A DNA stretch of 64,000 bases from Acidobacteriota bacterium (GTDB taxonomy: Bacteria > Acidobacteriota > CAIWXX01). A model generated the notes under the pieces. It saw only the letters and a program-made list of their open reading frames with translations, ran no database searches and was not told the origin of the DNA. Made by a program: the position numbers and the translations under genes. Shown here one piece after another: positions 1 to 10,257 of the stretch (position 1 is its first letter; each line of letters begins with the position of its first letter). The stretch is from contig JBFMAF010000038.1 of assembly GCA_040755995.1 (NCBI GenBank), forward strand, positions 12,352-76,351, written 5' to 3'.

Positions 1-1
1 A

Positions 2-706
2 TCGATCGAAGATGTCGCCACGGTTGGTCAGACCGGGTGGAGATGGTGCAGCAAGTGCGAGGGCATGCATTTCATCACCAACGGTCTTGGCCCGTGTCCC
101 GCGGGCGGGACGCACGACGTGGCTGGCAGCAGCCTGTACAAGCTGATCAACAACGACTTCACCGCCGACGGGCAACATTGGTGGCGGTATTGCAAGAAGT
201 GCAAAGGCCTTTTCTACGGGGGTCACGAAACCCAGGGCGTCTGCCCGGCCGGCGGCGCTCACGACAGCTCGTGGAGCGGGGACTACTGCGTCATTCACAA
301 CAGCACCGCAGCGCCGGGCCAGCAGAACTGGAGGTGGTGTTCCAGGTGCGAAGGCCTCTTCTACGGCGGCCATGCATCCCTGGGCACCTGCCCGGCCGGC
401 GGGCAGCATTCGCTGTCGGGCAGTGGCAACTACACACTGCTCTTCGAGACTAAGGACGCAGTTGTTTGGGGAAGGGTGACAGACTCCAGTGCCGCGCCCG
501 TTGCAAAGGCCAGCGTCAAGATCCAGGGGAAAGCCGGCACCAAGACGATGAAGAGCGCCACGGATGGGAGCTACGGGTTCGCCGGCTTGAAGCAGGGCAA
601 GTACACGTTCACCGCCAGCAAGAAAAACGTTGGAGATGCGAAGCGAACCGCCAGGCTGCAGAGCGGCGACGCGAAGAGCGTCGCCCTGGTGCTGAAGAAG
701 AAATAG
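2..706 (+). CDS. 5'-partial protein with three Cys/His-rich repeats and a C-terminal carboxypeptidase-regulatory-like (transthyretin-fold) domain
   Basis: Frame open from base 2. Repeats GQxxWRWCxKCxG...CPAGGxH...Y x3, then VWGRVTDSSAAPVAKASVKI...TDGSYGFAGLKQGKYTFTASK. Confidence 0.75.
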   Translation, partial: SIEDVATVGQTGWRWCSKCEGMHFITNGLGPCPAGGTHDVAGSSLYKLINNDFTADGQHWWRYCKKCKGLFYGGHETQGVCPAGGAHDSSWSGDYCVIHNSTAAPGQQNWRWCSRCEGLFYGGHASLGTCPAGGQHSLSGSGNYTLLFETKDAVVWGRVTDSSAAPVAKASVKIQGKAGTKTMKSATDGSYGFAGLKQGKYTFTASKKNVGDAKRTARLQSGDAKSVALVLKKK

Positions 707-791
707 CGCACTGCCCGGCGAAACCCCGCCGCCGGCGGCGGGAGTGTGAATGAGCATGTGAAACAATGAAACGCCATCGCAGGAGATTATC

Positions 792-1784
792 ATGAAACGA
801 ATATTGATCATCCATGCCCTTCTGCTCGGATACGTGGCCTCAGCGCACGCCGCCGAGTACTACTACGTGCCTCTGATCCGGCAAGAGGCAGATGGCACCT
901 GGGATCTCTACTGGATGAAGCTGAATGAGAGCGGCAAGCGGGTGAAGGGACCCCGATTGATCCGGAACAGCGCAGGCATCGTGGGATCAGCGACGATCAC
1001 GCCGGAAGGGAATAAGGTGTACTTCAGCGAATCCCCCGCCCCGTTGGTGGCTCAGCAGCTCTACTCGCTTGAAGTGAATCCCAAGAACGGCAAGGTCGCG
1101 AGCGCTCCGGTCGCACTGACGGGCGGATCGTATGTGTACTTGCACGGCGTGAGCCTCTCAAAAGACGGCAAGAAGCTTGTGTACGCCAGATGGGACTACG
1201 ACTACACGCCCGCAGCCATCGATGACATCTTACTGCAGAGATTCAAGAAGAACGGCTCTTTGTCGACAGTGACGAAAGCGATCGCGACAGTACCTGGTGT
1301 CAACGAATGGCTGCCGTTCATAACGGAGGACGGCAGGAGCGTCTACTATTGCCTGGAGGACGGCGGCAAGAACAGCATCATGCTGCAGCGGGTGAAGCGG
1401 CTCGGGGCTCCGGCCGGCCCGCCGATCCCGGTGATCCAGATCCCGGGCGAAGACGTGCGCCAGCCGATGGTGGAGGCTGGAGGAACCTGGATGTCATATA
1501 TCCGATACGCTGCCTGGGACGACAACAACCTCTACGTGACCCGACTTTCCGGCAACGGTCTCCCAACCGGAGCGCCGATCAAGATCACGTCGCTGGGTGC
1601 GGACCAGTGGCCCGCAGGCGGCCTGACGCGAAACTCGAAGCTGCTCGTCTACTCGGTCCTCAGTCCCGCGCCCACATGCCCGGTCTACTCTCAGAAGCTC
1701 GATGCCAACGGCCATCCGGCAGGTGCGCCGAAGCTTCTGAACAGCTCGTCCTGCACGCAGTATCCCTGGGTTCTGCCGGACTAG
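792..1784 (+). CDS. secreted TolB/PD40-like beta-propeller protein
   Basis: AGGAG RBS, signal peptide ending AHA, repeated blades (TPEGNKVYFS, SKDGKKLVYA, TEDGRSVYY). Confidence 0.7.
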   Translation: MKRILIIHALLLGYVASAHAAEYYYVPLIRQEADGTWDLYWMKLNESGKRVKGPRLIRNSAGIVGSATITPEGNKVYFSESPAPLVAQQLYSLEVNPKNGKVASAPVALTGGSYVYLHGVSLSKDGKKLVYARWDYDYTPAAIDDILLQRFKKNGSLSTVTKAIATVPGVNEWLPFITEDGRSVYYCLEDGGKNSIMLQRVKRLGAPAGPPIPVIQIPGEDVRQPMVEAGGTWMSYIRYAAWDDNNLYVTRLSGNGLPTGAPIKITSLGADQWPAGGLTRNSKLLVYSVLSPAPTCPVYSQKLDANGHPAGAPKLLNSSSCTQYPWVLPD

Positions 1785-1910
1785 TCCTGCGGCCCGTGGG
1801 GCGAACTGCGACGAGCACGTTGGAATGAGCCCGGTGGATGGCCACCGGGGCGGAAGATGGGCTGAGTGTGACGACTCCGGGCGTGTGCTGTGCCGTGTGG
1901 GAGAAGGGGC

Positions 1911-2357
1911 ATGAGACTCAGAGCAATGGTGTTCGTGTTAGTGGCCTTCCTGGGAGTTCCAATGCTCGCTTCCGGTGAACAGAATGCCGGCAAGAACCAG
2001 GTGTTCGTATGGGGTGGTGCATGCGACCTGTTCGACGAGATGTCGACCGCAATCTATGGAGCCTCCTATGGTCGCTATCTGACGAGATGGCTGATGCTGG
2101 AGGCGGGAGTCGAAGGCTACAGCGGCGACGTCTCCGGCACGTGGTCAAGAATCAACGCGCTCTTTGAGATTCCGACCGGGAGTCGGTTGGCCGCCTATGC
2201 GATTGCGGGTACCTCCAGCTTCTATCCCGACCTTGGAGCAGGGGCGAAGATCAGATTCGCCTCGCGTGTGGGGATACGCCTCGAATACACGCGGGCCTAT
2301 GACGATGACGAGGGCTGGTACGGCAACATTCGCGGCGGAGTCACCCTCAGCTTCTGA
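1911..2357 (+). CDS. small outer-membrane beta-barrel protein
   Basis: Signal peptide, alternating beta-strands, C-terminal GGVTLSF beta-signal. Confidence 0.7.
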   Translation: MRLRAMVFVLVAFLGVPMLASGEQNAGKNQVFVWGGACDLFDEMSTAIYGASYGRYLTRWLMLEAGVEGYSGDVSGTWSRINALFEIPTGSRLAAYAIAGTSSFYPDLGAGAKIRFASRVGIRLEYTRAYDDDEGWYGNIRGGVTLSF

Positions 2358-2359
2358 GA

Positions 2360-2712
2360 TCAGAGCGTCAAGATCCATCTCGGCATCCTTGACGGGGGGA
2401 GTCTCGCCACGAGTCGCCTTCTCCAGTATCTCTCCCATCGTCAGGCCCTCTGCGTACGGCGGCTGGCCCGTGAGTAGCTCTTGCAGGATGATGCCGAACG
2501 ACTACATGTCGCTTGCGGCAGTGACCGCCTCGCCACGTGCCTGCTCGGGGCTCATATAGGTTGCCGTGCCCTTCAGCCCGCCCGCTCGGGTTCCATGCAT
2601 GTCTGTCATCCGCAGCGACACCCCCCACGCTCCCCTGGCCTCCGGTGCACTCTTGACCGGAGTCGGCGGGAGGGAGAACTCGCCCGCCCGAACGAGGCCA
2701 AAGTCGGCGGTT
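2360..2712 (-). pseudogene. Ser/Thr protein kinase C-lobe fragment
   Basis: DFGL...[38 protein letters not shown], with an in-frame TAG in subdomain IX; no N-lobe or HRD loop. Confidence 0.8.
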
Positions 2713-2975
2713 TCATCCGGCCGGGCCGGCGCGCCAGAACCGCCCTCCCACTCTGTTCCTGCTGCCGCCATCGCCGATTCCCCAGATCTCACGCTGGTGC
2801 AGTGCGGCATCTGCCCGTGCGAGGAGTGTCTGTCGCATACTCGCGACATCCGTCGGCCGGTTCGTCGCGCCCGCGCGACCCCCGTGCTTGCGGCGATGTC
2901 TAGGGTCCGTCTCCAAGCGCTTGATCAGAAGCAGCCGCATTCGAATCGGGCAACCTGCTTCACGGCACCGTCTAT

Positions 2976-2991
2976 GGGCACGCGACTTGCA
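2976..2991 (+). promoter_or_regulatory. sigma54 (-24/-12) promoter
   Basis: GGGCAC-GCGAC-TTGCA, just upstream of the NifX-family gene. Confidence 0.65.
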
Positions 2992-3014
2992 TCCCGAGAG
3001 ACAGGAGGCAAGCT

Positions 3015-3566
3015 TTGAGCAAGGTTGCGGTCACGCAATGGCTGGGTCGAGTGGCTCCGGTATTCGACACCGCTCGCCAGGTTCTGGTGGTCAATGTGCA
3101 AGACGGCTCGGCGGGCTCGCGTCAGGAAGAGGAGTTGCCGGATGGAGGGCCCAGCCGCCGGATCCAGGCGCTCTGCGTCCTCGGGATCGACACGCTGATC
3201 TGCGGCGCCATATCGAGGCCACTCGCCGGGATGCTCCGCTCGTGCGGCATCTCGATCATTCCATTCGTGGCCGGATCGGTCGAGGAGATCCTGAAGGCCT
3301 ACATCTCCGGGAGACTTCCGTCGCCACGGTTCGCCATGCCGGGATGTGCACAGGGGATACGACTTGGCGGCCGTGGGCCGGGCGGCCAGTGCGTCTGCCC
3401 AAGATGCGGTCACCGGGAGCTGCATCGGAGGGGCAGGCCGTGCAGTGGAGAGGCCTGTCCGGCGTGTGGGTCACAAATGATCAGAGAGGGAGGCCCCTCT
3501 CGCGGGAAAGGAGGAGTACCATGGCAGGACCAGCCAGCGAAGGGTTCGCGGAATGGGCAAGAATGA
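3015..3566 (+). CDS. NifB/NifX-family (dinitrogenase FeMo-cofactor-binding-like) protein fused to a Cys-rich GPGGxCVCPxCG...CPxCG domain
   Basis: RVAPVFDTARQVLVV...GIDTLICGAIS; tail CVCPRCGH...CPACGSQM. Confidence 0.8.
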   Translation: MSKVAVTQWLGRVAPVFDTARQVLVVNVQDGSAGSRQEEELPDGGPSRRIQALCVLGIDTLICGAISRPLAGMLRSCGISIIPFVAGSVEEILKAYISGRLPSPRFAMPGCAQGIRLGGRGPGGQCVCPRCGHRELHRRGRPCSGEACPACGSQMIREGGPSRGKGGVPWQDQPAKGSRNGQE

Positions 3567-3862
3567 GCGGCCGTGGAGCCGGCTACTGCGGAGGAGCCGG
3601 CGCCGGAGGTTCTGCTGGGCGGGGCTCGCGCGTGCGGCACACCCCAGGGCACGGCTGGCGCCACGTCTTCCGGACATCCTGGATTCCGGGATGGATGCGG
3701 TTCGGGCAGGAGTGGGAACCACTCTCGCCGGCCGGCCGCACCGAGCTCACCCATGAGTCGGAGAAGGAGTACCTGCAGCAGGAGATCAGCGCACTCCAGG
3801 ACCAGCTCGATATCGCCAAGAGACGCCTGGAAGAGCTCTCTGCTGCCGATCAGAAGAAGTGA
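3521..3862 (+). CDS. DUF5320-like Gly-rich protein with C-terminal coiled coil
   Basis: AGGAGG RBS; GRGAGYCGG, GHGWRHVF...PGWMRFG, EKEYLQQEISALQDQLD. Confidence 0.75.
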   Translation: MAGPASEGFAEWARMSGRGAGYCGGAGAGGSAGRGSRVRHTPGHGWRHVFRTSWIPGWMRFGQEWEPLSPAGRTELTHESEKEYLQQEISALQDQLDIAKRRLEELSAADQKK

Positions 3863-4282
3863 TGAAAGACTGAAGGCGAGGTGCCCGGGCATTCGCGAGT
3901 CCATAGGGGTGAGATGCGCCCGCGTCGAGCGGCACGTCCTCTCGCGAATGTCGATGCCTCACTGCGTCCGGTCTCCCACGAAGGGGGGCGCTGCGCGCAG
4001 GAGGCTCGGAGAACCCGAGCGGATCTCTTCATCGCGTCTCCCTGCCACGACGTATCACTGTCTACTACGATGGGGCGCCGCCACCCCGTCCGCTCCACCC
4101 CAACAAGTGGTCGGGGGACCGGGTCGATTGTCGACCCGCGCGGCGCATCTCGGGGAGGGCCGGTGAGCTGCGCTCCTCCGGTCTCACCGTCCCTCCCCAT
4201 TCTTTTCGGGCCCTCGGAGCGGGCGTACCGGCTCGCACACCGCCCGTGCGACCGGCTATAATCGCCGCGAGGTGACGGAGGG

Positions 4283-5221
4283 GTGAGGTCGCGAATCGGA
4301 GTCGAAGCGGCGTTGGGCGCTCTCTGGTCAGTCTGGCTCGCCACCGCGGGATGTTGTGGTGGTGCGCCTCTCATCGTCGACACGGACATGGCCCTGGACG
4401 ACGTACGGGCCATCGCCCTGCTCTCCAGTTCCAGGACCCTGGCCATCATTGCCGTCGTCACGTCTGACGGCTCGTCCGGCGCTCGAGCCGGATACGAGAG
4501 TGCAGTGAGGGTACTCCGGGCGCTGGGACTCGATCGTGTCCCGATCGGGATGGGCCCGTCGCTGGACGCGCCTCCACCCCCCTGGCGCGGGCTCTCCGAG
4601 GCGCTCGGATGGTCAGCCATCGTGTCATCGGGCCCCGGCACACAGCCTGCACAGCGCGAGCCGCCGGCGGACGCCGTCTCTGTGATTGCCGGCGCATTGC
4701 GCGACTCAGCCGCGCCCGTTGACTACGTCTGTCTGGGACCGTTGACCAACCTCGCACAGCTGATTCATGAGAAGCCGGAGCTGGCGACTCGAATCGCGAG
4801 AGTCCTGTATGTCGGATCGACGAGGCCCGATCCGACTCCGGGTTGGAACACGCTTCGCGACCCGTCCAGCACCGATCGGGTCTTCGGCGCCGACATCGCG
4901 ATCTGCGCGTTCGACATGGATGATCCGGATGTGCTCAGATTCGATTCCGGCCTGTGGCAGGAGGTAGGGCACGTCGAATCAGCCGCAGCGCAGCTGATCT
5001 ATGGCCTGCATCGCGACAGTCGCGTCCAGGCGCTGCTGAGGGAGCGGCACTTCCGAGCGTGGGATGAGACAGTCCCCCTCTACCTGCACGACCCTGCCAT
5101 CGCGCATCCTGAACCGTTCCCTGGCCGGCCGCGGGGGATCAGGATCGGTGCCGTCGACGTCGATGCCGCACGAAACGCCTACTTGGCGATCCTGAAACAG
5201 CGTCGATCGGGACGGCCATGA
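4283..5221 (+). CDS. nucleoside hydrolase (IU-NH family)
   Basis: IVDTDMALDD motif, CLGPLTNLA, WN...DP, AWD. Confidence 0.8.
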   Translation: MRSRIGVEAALGALWSVWLATAGCCGGAPLIVDTDMALDDVRAIALLSSSRTLAIIAVVTSDGSSGARAGYESAVRVLRALGLDRVPIGMGPSLDAPPPPWRGLSEALGWSAIVSSGPGTQPAQREPPADAVSVIAGALRDSAAPVDYVCLGPLTNLAQLIHEKPELATRIARVLYVGSTRPDPTPGWNTLRDPSSTDRVFGADIAICAFDMDDPDVLRFDSGLWQEVGHVESAAAQLIYGLHRDSRVQALLRERHFRAWDETVPLYLHDPAIAHPEPFPGRPRGIRIGAVDVDAARNAYLAILKQRRSGRP

Positions 5222-5378
5222 TCGCCCGAAAGGCTTCGGCCGAGCCCGCATCGACCAGCACGTGCGACCACAACCGTGCGTCTGACCGGCTTTCCGCGCG
5301 TTCGCAGTGCGGCAGCCGGGGTTTCGTTTGAGCCGTTGCTTCGCACACGACCTGTGCCATTAAGCAAGGAGATACCAC

Positions 5379-6644
5379 ATGGAAGCGTCCAATCGACCTG
5401 AGTACTTGAGGAAGCACTTCTATCTGGATTGCGGATTCGCCACGCGTGCCCTGCACGCCGGCGAGCACATCGGGCAACCGCATTTCACGAATCACACCAA
5501 CGCCATCTTTCAAACATCGACATTCACATTCGAGACGGCAAAGGACGGTGCGGACCTGTTCGCCGCTCGGAAGGAGGGCTTCGTCTACACGCGCATGGGC
5601 AACCCGACGGTGCTCGTGCTCGAAGCGAAGCTCGCGGCCCTCGAAGGCTGCTCGTACAAGCTGGCGCACCCCGAGAAGACCGTGTCGTGCATCGCGTTTT
5701 CCTCGGGGATGGCCGCCATCTCCTCCACGATGATGGCCATGCTGCGCCCCGGCGACACCTTGATCGCCGGGCAGGTTCTCTATGGTGCCACGGAGGATTT
5801 CTTCCGGACCGTGCTGCAGCCGCTCGGGATACGCTGGGTGCCGATCGAGACATCGGACCTGGACCTTGTGGAGGCCGCGTTGCGCGAGCACGAGCGCGCA
5901 CGTGCCGTCTACTTCGAGACGCCGACCAATCCCTTGATGGGGGTCACCGACATCCGGGCGCTATCGAATCTCGTGCGCAGCGTCAGGCCCGACTGCCACA
6001 TTGTCGTGGACAACACGTTCGCTACGCCGTTCCTGCAGAGACCGCTGGAGCTCGGCGCAGACGTGGTGCTGCATTCCACGACCAAGTACATCTGCGGGCA
6101 CGGTACCGTGATCGGTGGAGCCGTCATCACGGTGGACGACCAGGTGCGCGCGCACCTCTACCACATGATGAAAGACTTCGGCGGCTGCCCGTCGCCGTTT
6201 GATGCGTGGCTCGTGAACACGGGCTTGAAGACACTGCCCCTGCGAATGCGCCAGCATTGCGCCAACGCCCAGGGCATCGCCGAGTTCCTCGAGCGGCACC
6301 CGAAGGTGGATCGCGTCTTCTACCCGGGGCTGCCCTCCTCGCCACAGCACGATCTCGCGAAGAGGCAAATGAGCGGGTTCGGGGGTATTCTGTCCTTTGA
6401 ACTCAATGGCGGCTACGGGGCTGCCGAGAAGGTCATGAACGGCGTGCGGCTGTTCACGCTGGCCGTCTCCCTGGGCTGCGTCGATTCGCTGATCCAGCAT
6501 CCGGCCTCCATGACCCACGCCATGATTCCGCGTGAAGAGCGAGAGCGCAGCGGCATCTCCGATGGGCTGCTTCGTCTCTCGGTCGGGGCCGAGGATCTGA
6601 ACGACCTGCTGGGCGACCTCGAGAGCGCGCTCGGCGGCGCGTAG
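5379..6644 (+). CDS. PLP-dependent trans-sulfuration enzyme (methionine gamma-lyase / cystathionine gamma-lyase family)
   Basis: [56 protein letters not shown]. Has YGAT rather than the YGCT of canonical MGL. Confidence 0.9.
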   Translation: MEASNRPEYLRKHFYLDCGFATRALHAGEHIGQPHFTNHTNAIFQTSTFTFETAKDGADLFAARKEGFVYTRMGNPTVLVLEAKLAALEGCSYKLAHPEKTVSCIAFSSGMAAISSTMMAMLRPGDTLIAGQVLYGATEDFFRTVLQPLGIRWVPIETSDLDLVEAALREHERARAVYFETPTNPLMGVTDIRALSNLVRSVRPDCHIVVDNTFATPFLQRPLELGADVVLHSTTKYICGHGTVIGGAVITVDDQVRAHLYHMMKDFGGCPSPFDAWLVNTGLKTLPLRMRQHCANAQGIAEFLERHPKVDRVFYPGLPSSPQHDLAKRQMSGFGGILSFELNGGYGAAEKVMNGVRLFTLAVSLGCVDSLIQHPASMTHAMIPREERERSGISDGLLRLSVGAEDLNDLLGDLESALGGA

Positions 6645-6915
6645 CGAAGACCGGTCAACACCGGGCTCCCATTGATGGGGGAGGCGGCGCGGCATGGAAG
6701 GAGGTGACACGATGGCTCTGCGCTATCACCATACCTGATTCAGTGCGGGCGGAATGCACGGGATGCATTGGCTGTCCGGAGCTGCTGCGCCGTGCGTGCC
6801 ACCTGCCGGCAGCGTCACCGCCTGTCTTCTCCGTTGTTGATCGCCCTCCAGACGCCGCCGAACGAGGCCTCGACGTGCGCAGCCCAAACACCAACCGACA
6901 ACGAAGGACTGTGGC

Positions 6916-7266
6916 ATGGCTGATCCCTCAAGCGTCGTCTTCGTCTTCAACTCCTACGGCATGGGCCATACCGAGAATGCCGATCTCAAGCTCGTCCTGG
7001 CCAAGAAGGCCCTGACGATTCTGGCGACCATGGAACCGCCGCCTCGGCGAATCTGCTTCTACGCAGACGGTGTCAAGCTCTGCGTGAGAGGTTCGCCCGT
7101 ACTGGGCGAGCTCCACGCCCTGATGCGCCTCGGTGTCGAGCTATTGCTGTGCTCGACCTGCATCGAGGCGCTCGGCCTGAAGGATCACGTGGCCGTCGGG
7201 ACAGTCGGCGGCATGGACCAGATGATCACGACCATGGTGAGCGGCAGTCACGTCGTCACACTGTGA
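6916..7266 (+). CDS. DsrE/YedF-like sulfurtransferase-family protein
   Basis: ICFYADGVKLC...GVELLLCSTC...VGTVGGM. Confidence 0.8.
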   Translation: MADPSSVVFVFNSYGMGHTENADLKLVLAKKALTILATMEPPPRRICFYADGVKLCVRGSPVLGELHALMRLGVELLLCSTCIEALGLKDHVAVGTVGGMDQMITTMVSGSHVVTL

Positions 7267-7417
7267 CGGCGCGGCATGCAGTAGCGGAAACGCGACCCAT
7301 CGAGTCGGCATCAGTAGCCTCAGGGCGACAGGGGTCGACCCTTGTTCGAAGGCCGAATGTCACTAGAACCAGGTTGATCAGACGACTAGCGGTCCTTGGA
7401 ACCCAGCCCAAAGCCGC

Positions 7418-7433
7418 TGGCATCGGCTTTGCA
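7418..7433 (+). promoter_or_regulatory. sigma54 (-24/-12) promoter
   Basis: TGGCAT-CGGCT-TTGCA upstream of the 7542-12139 operon. Confidence 0.75.
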
Positions 7434-7541
7434 AGAGAACGGGTGGGAGATGAAAGGCGGGCACAGTCGCATGTGTGAGATACGCGATCGTGGCATCAAA
7501 CGCCGGCGGTGTGCCACGCCGATTCGACAGGAGGAACGATC

Positions 7542-7760
7542 ATGATTGGAAGAAGAGGAAGCAGAGAGGGTGGCCGCCGCGCGGGCGGGCAGGGCCGGGG
7601 CGGTCGGGGTCTCGGCCGGATGGGCGGAGCTTTCGCAGCCGGCCCAGGCGGCAACTGCGTCTGCCAGCAGTGCGGCCATCGCGAGTCACATCAACGCGGA
7701 GTGCCCTGCACCGGACGGATGTGTCCCAAGTGCGGCACAGCCATGACAAGAGAACCATGA
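7542..7760 (+). CDS. small Gly-rich Cys-rich (metal/Fe-S binding) protein
   Basis: AGGAGG RBS; AAGPGGNCVCQQCGHRESHQRGVPCTGRMCPKCGTAMTRE. Confidence 0.8.
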   Translation: MIGRRGSREGGRRAGGQGRGGRGLGRMGGAFAAGPGGNCVCQQCGHRESHQRGVPCTGRMCPKCGTAMTREP

Positions 7761-7790
7761 CGACATAGCGATGACAAGGAGAACAACATC

Positions 7791-8165
7791 ATGCCAAGAG
7801 GTGACAGAACGGGGCCCGTGGGGATGGGTCCGATGACGGGGCGCGCTGCAGGGTACTGCGCGGGGCTCGGTGTGCCCGGCTATTCGAATCCCGCTCCCGG
7901 ACGGATGTTCCGGGCGGGAGTCGGAATGGGCGGAGGAGGACTGGGCCGCGGGTTCGGCGGCGGTGGTCGCGGATGGCGACACTGGTTCCACGCCACTGGT
8001 CTGCCCGGTTGGATGCGATTCGGTGGGTGGGCGGCACCCTACGCGAAGCCTGACCGCGAATCGGAGAGGCGCACACTGCGGAATGAAGCACAGGCCTTGA
8101 AGGCCACCCTGGACTCGATCCAGAGTCGACTCTCCGAGCTGGAGGCCGGTCCAGACAAGCCGTGA
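7791..8165 (+). CDS. DUF5320 family protein
   Basis: MPRGDRTGPVGMGPMTGRAAGYCAG...GRGWRHWFHATGLPGWMRFG plus coiled-coil tail. Confidence 0.9.
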   Translation: MPRGDRTGPVGMGPMTGRAAGYCAGLGVPGYSNPAPGRMFRAGVGMGGGGLGRGFGGGGRGWRHWFHATGLPGWMRFGGWAAPYAKPDRESERRTLRNEAQALKATLDSIQSRLSELEAGPDKP

Positions 8166-8236
8166 ACCCGTGGAGAGGAATCCGTACCGGTGACTCTGAC
8201 CACCAGTCCGAAGCAAGACGCTGCGGGGAGGATACG

Positions 8237-8599
8237 ATGAAGATTGCCTTCAGTACGTCGGGGCAGACCCTCGATGCCCCTCTGGACGGGCGTTTCGGCC
8301 GGGCGCCGAGGTTCCTCGTGTACGACGTCGAGCGTGCCGATTTCAAGATCGTCGACAACACACAGGCATTCGATGCGATGCAAGGAGCAGGCGTCCAGGC
8401 GGCGGAGACAGTCACACGTGCAGGGGCGGGCTGCGTTGTGACGGGGCACTGCGGGCCGAAGGCCTTCCGGGTCCTCTCTGCTGCCGGCATCGAGGTCTAC
8501 ACGACCGGCGCAGCCAGCGTGGCCGAGGCCCTGGAGCTCTTCCGCTCTGGGAAGCTCGTGCCCGCCACGGGTCCGGACGTGGATGGGCACTGGGCATGA
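8237..8599 (+). CDS. NifB/NifX-family protein (orange-protein-like)
   Basis: MKIAFSTSG...DGRFGRAPRF...GAGVQAA...TGHCGPKAF...GHW. Confidence 0.9.
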   Translation: MKIAFSTSGQTLDAPLDGRFGRAPRFLVYDVERADFKIVDNTQAFDAMQGAGVQAAETVTRAGAGCVVTGHCGPKAFRVLSAAGIEVYTTGAASVAEALELFRSGKLVPATGPDVDGHWA

Positions 8600-9123
8600 G
8601 GGCGACCGACCGAACTCTTCGGAGCGTCACTTACAAGCCGATCGGCACAGTGCGGAGCGAGCATCGAGATCCCGAGCGGACGCCGATCCAGCCGACCCAT
8701 GCGAGAGGTTGCAGGGGCCGCCTGCAGATTCGCCCGGAGGTGGCCGCAGGACTGAAGGACCTGGACGGTTTCTCTCACATCCTGCTGATCTACCACCTTC
8801 ACAAGGCAGGCGGGCCGATGCTGACGGTGAGGCCGTTCATGGACGAGGCTGAAAGAGGTGTCTTTGCGACGAGGCATCCACGGCGCCCGAACGCCATCGG
8901 CATCAGCGTCGTGCGGCTTGTTCGGATCGAAGGTGAGACTTTGTACGTCGACGATCTGGACATTCTCGACGGCACGCCACTGCTCGACATCAAACCCTTC
9001 GTCCGCAGGTTCGACACGGTCGGGACCTCCCGTGACGGATGGGCGGGGCGGGTGGATGAGAGGACGGCCAGGCTGAGGGGTCGCAGAGGTTGTCGAAGGA
9101 GCCGGTCATCGGACCGGCGTTGA
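8596..9123 (+). CDS. trmO: tRNA (t6A37-N6)-methyltransferase TrmO/TsaA family
   Basis: GLKDLDGFSHI, RGVFATRHPRRPNAIGISVV, LDILDGTPLLDIKP. Confidence 0.85.
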   Translation: MRATDRTLRSVTYKPIGTVRSEHRDPERTPIQPTHARGCRGRLQIRPEVAAGLKDLDGFSHILLIYHLHKAGGPMLTVRPFMDEAERGVFATRHPRRPNAIGISVVRLVRIEGETLYVDDLDILDGTPLLDIKPFVRRFDTVGTSRDGWAGRVDERTARLRGRRGCRRSRSSDRR

Positions 9124-9128
9124 CGACG

Positions 9129-10007
9129 ATGAGCAAGAAATTCGTCATCGCGGTTGCCTCGGGAAAGGGCGGGACGGGCAAGACGACCGTGGCTGTCAAT
9201 CTTGCCCGTGTGCTGCCGGACCCGGTGCAGCTGATGGACTGCGACGTCGAGGAGCCGAACTGCCATCTGTTCCTGGACGGGGCGACCAGGGGCCAGGAGG
9301 AGGTCCATATCCCAGTGCCCGCAGTTGACGAGTCGCTCTGCGATGCCTGCGGCGAATGCAGCCGGATTTGCCAGTACCATGCCATCGTGTCGCTCAAGAC
9401 CAAGCCTCTCCTGTTCCACGACCTCTGCCACGGATGTGGCGGATGTGCACGGGTCTGCCCTCCAGGTGCGATCCGCGAAGTGGGCCACCGCATCGGGGTC
9501 ATCGAGACGTCGACGTCGGATCGCATCACCCTGATCCAGGGGCGGCTGGACGTCGGTGTCCCAACTGCCCCGCCGTTGATCCGCGCCGTGAGGGACCGTC
9601 GCCGGGACGACATGCCTGCCATTCTGGATGCGCCGCCCGGAACCTCGTGCCCGGTCATCACGACCGTCAGAGACTCGGACTTCGTGCTGCTTGTCGCCGA
9701 GCCGACCCCGTTCGGATTGCACGACCTGGAGCTGGCGATCGAGCTTGTGCGGCAGCTGCGGATACCGTTCGGAGTCATGGTCAATCGTGCGGGGTCTGGA
9801 GACGAACGCGTTCGCACGCTCTGCCAAGACGAAGGAATCGAGATACTGCTGGAAGTGCCGGAAGATCGTAGAGTCGCCGAGAGCTGCTCGAGAGGCGAGA
9901 TCCTGGTGGATGTGCTGCCGGAGTACCGGCGGCTCTTCGTGCGGCTGCTGGAGACGGTCCTGGAGCGGTGCAACCGGGCAGAAGGAGCCAGACATGCCCA
10001 CGTATGA
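9129..10007 (+). CDS. MinD/ParA-superfamily P-loop ATPase with inserted 2x[4Fe-4S] ferredoxin (COG1149-like)
   Basis: SGKGGTGKTT, DCDVEEPN, CDACGEC..IC, CHGCGGC..VCP, DAPPGTSCP, EPTPFGLHDL. Confidence 0.9.
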   Translation: MSKKFVIAVASGKGGTGKTTVAVNLARVLPDPVQLMDCDVEEPNCHLFLDGATRGQEEVHIPVPAVDESLCDACGECSRICQYHAIVSLKTKPLLFHDLCHGCGGCARVCPPGAIREVGHRIGVIETSTSDRITLIQGRLDVGVPTAPPLIRAVRDRRRDDMPAILDAPPGTSCPVITTVRDSDFVLLVAEPTPFGLHDLELAIELVRQLRIPFGVMVNRAGSGDERVRTLCQDEGIEILLEVPEDRRVAESCSRGEILVDVLPEYRRLFVRLLETVLERCNRAEGARHAHV

Positions 10008-10257
10008 GTATGAGTGCGGGAGATGCGGTCACAGGTTCGAGCGCATGCAGTCAATCACCGATGCGCCTCTCGAACGATGCCCCGAGTGCGACGGAGAGAT
10101 CCGGCGCCTGGTGAGCGGCGGGGCCGGGTTCATCATCAAGGGGGGCGAGGCGGGTCGCCCCGGTTCTCACGCAGGCGACTGCGCTATCGAGCAGCGCGGG
10201 CAGACCTGCTGCGGCCGTGAGGAGCGGTGCGACAAGCCGCCGTGCGGGGGCAGATGA
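9994..10257 (+). CDS. FmdB-family zinc-ribbon protein
   Basis: MPTYEYECGRCGHRFE...CPECDG...GAGFIIKG, plus Cys tail. Confidence 0.85.
   Translation: MPTYEYECGRCGHRFERMQSITDAPLERCPECDGEIRRLVSGGAGFIIKGGEAGRPGSHAGDCAIEQRGQTCCGREERCDKPPCGGR

Noticed and set aside
725..742. Perfect GC palindrome cccgccgccggcggcggg as a terminator
   Set aside because: No U-tract and the next gene follows on the same strand. Function cannot be supported.
2502..2504. TAG readthrough (pyrrolysine or recoding) in the kinase fragment
   Set aside because: The gene is also truncated, many intact genes here end in TAG, and no pyl genes are present.
5222..5378. SAM riboswitch upstream of the trans-sulfuration gene
   Set aside because: No recognisable SAM-I or SAM-II consensus elements.
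6916..7266. Selenoprotein or selenium-utilisation signal near the DsrE/YedF-like gene
   Set aside because: No in-frame TGA at a Cys-equivalent position and no sel genes in the window.
3015..8599. Nitrogen fixation genes
   Set aside because: Only NifX-like domains are present, with no nifHDK/ENB. Such domains are common in non-diazotrophic anaerobes.
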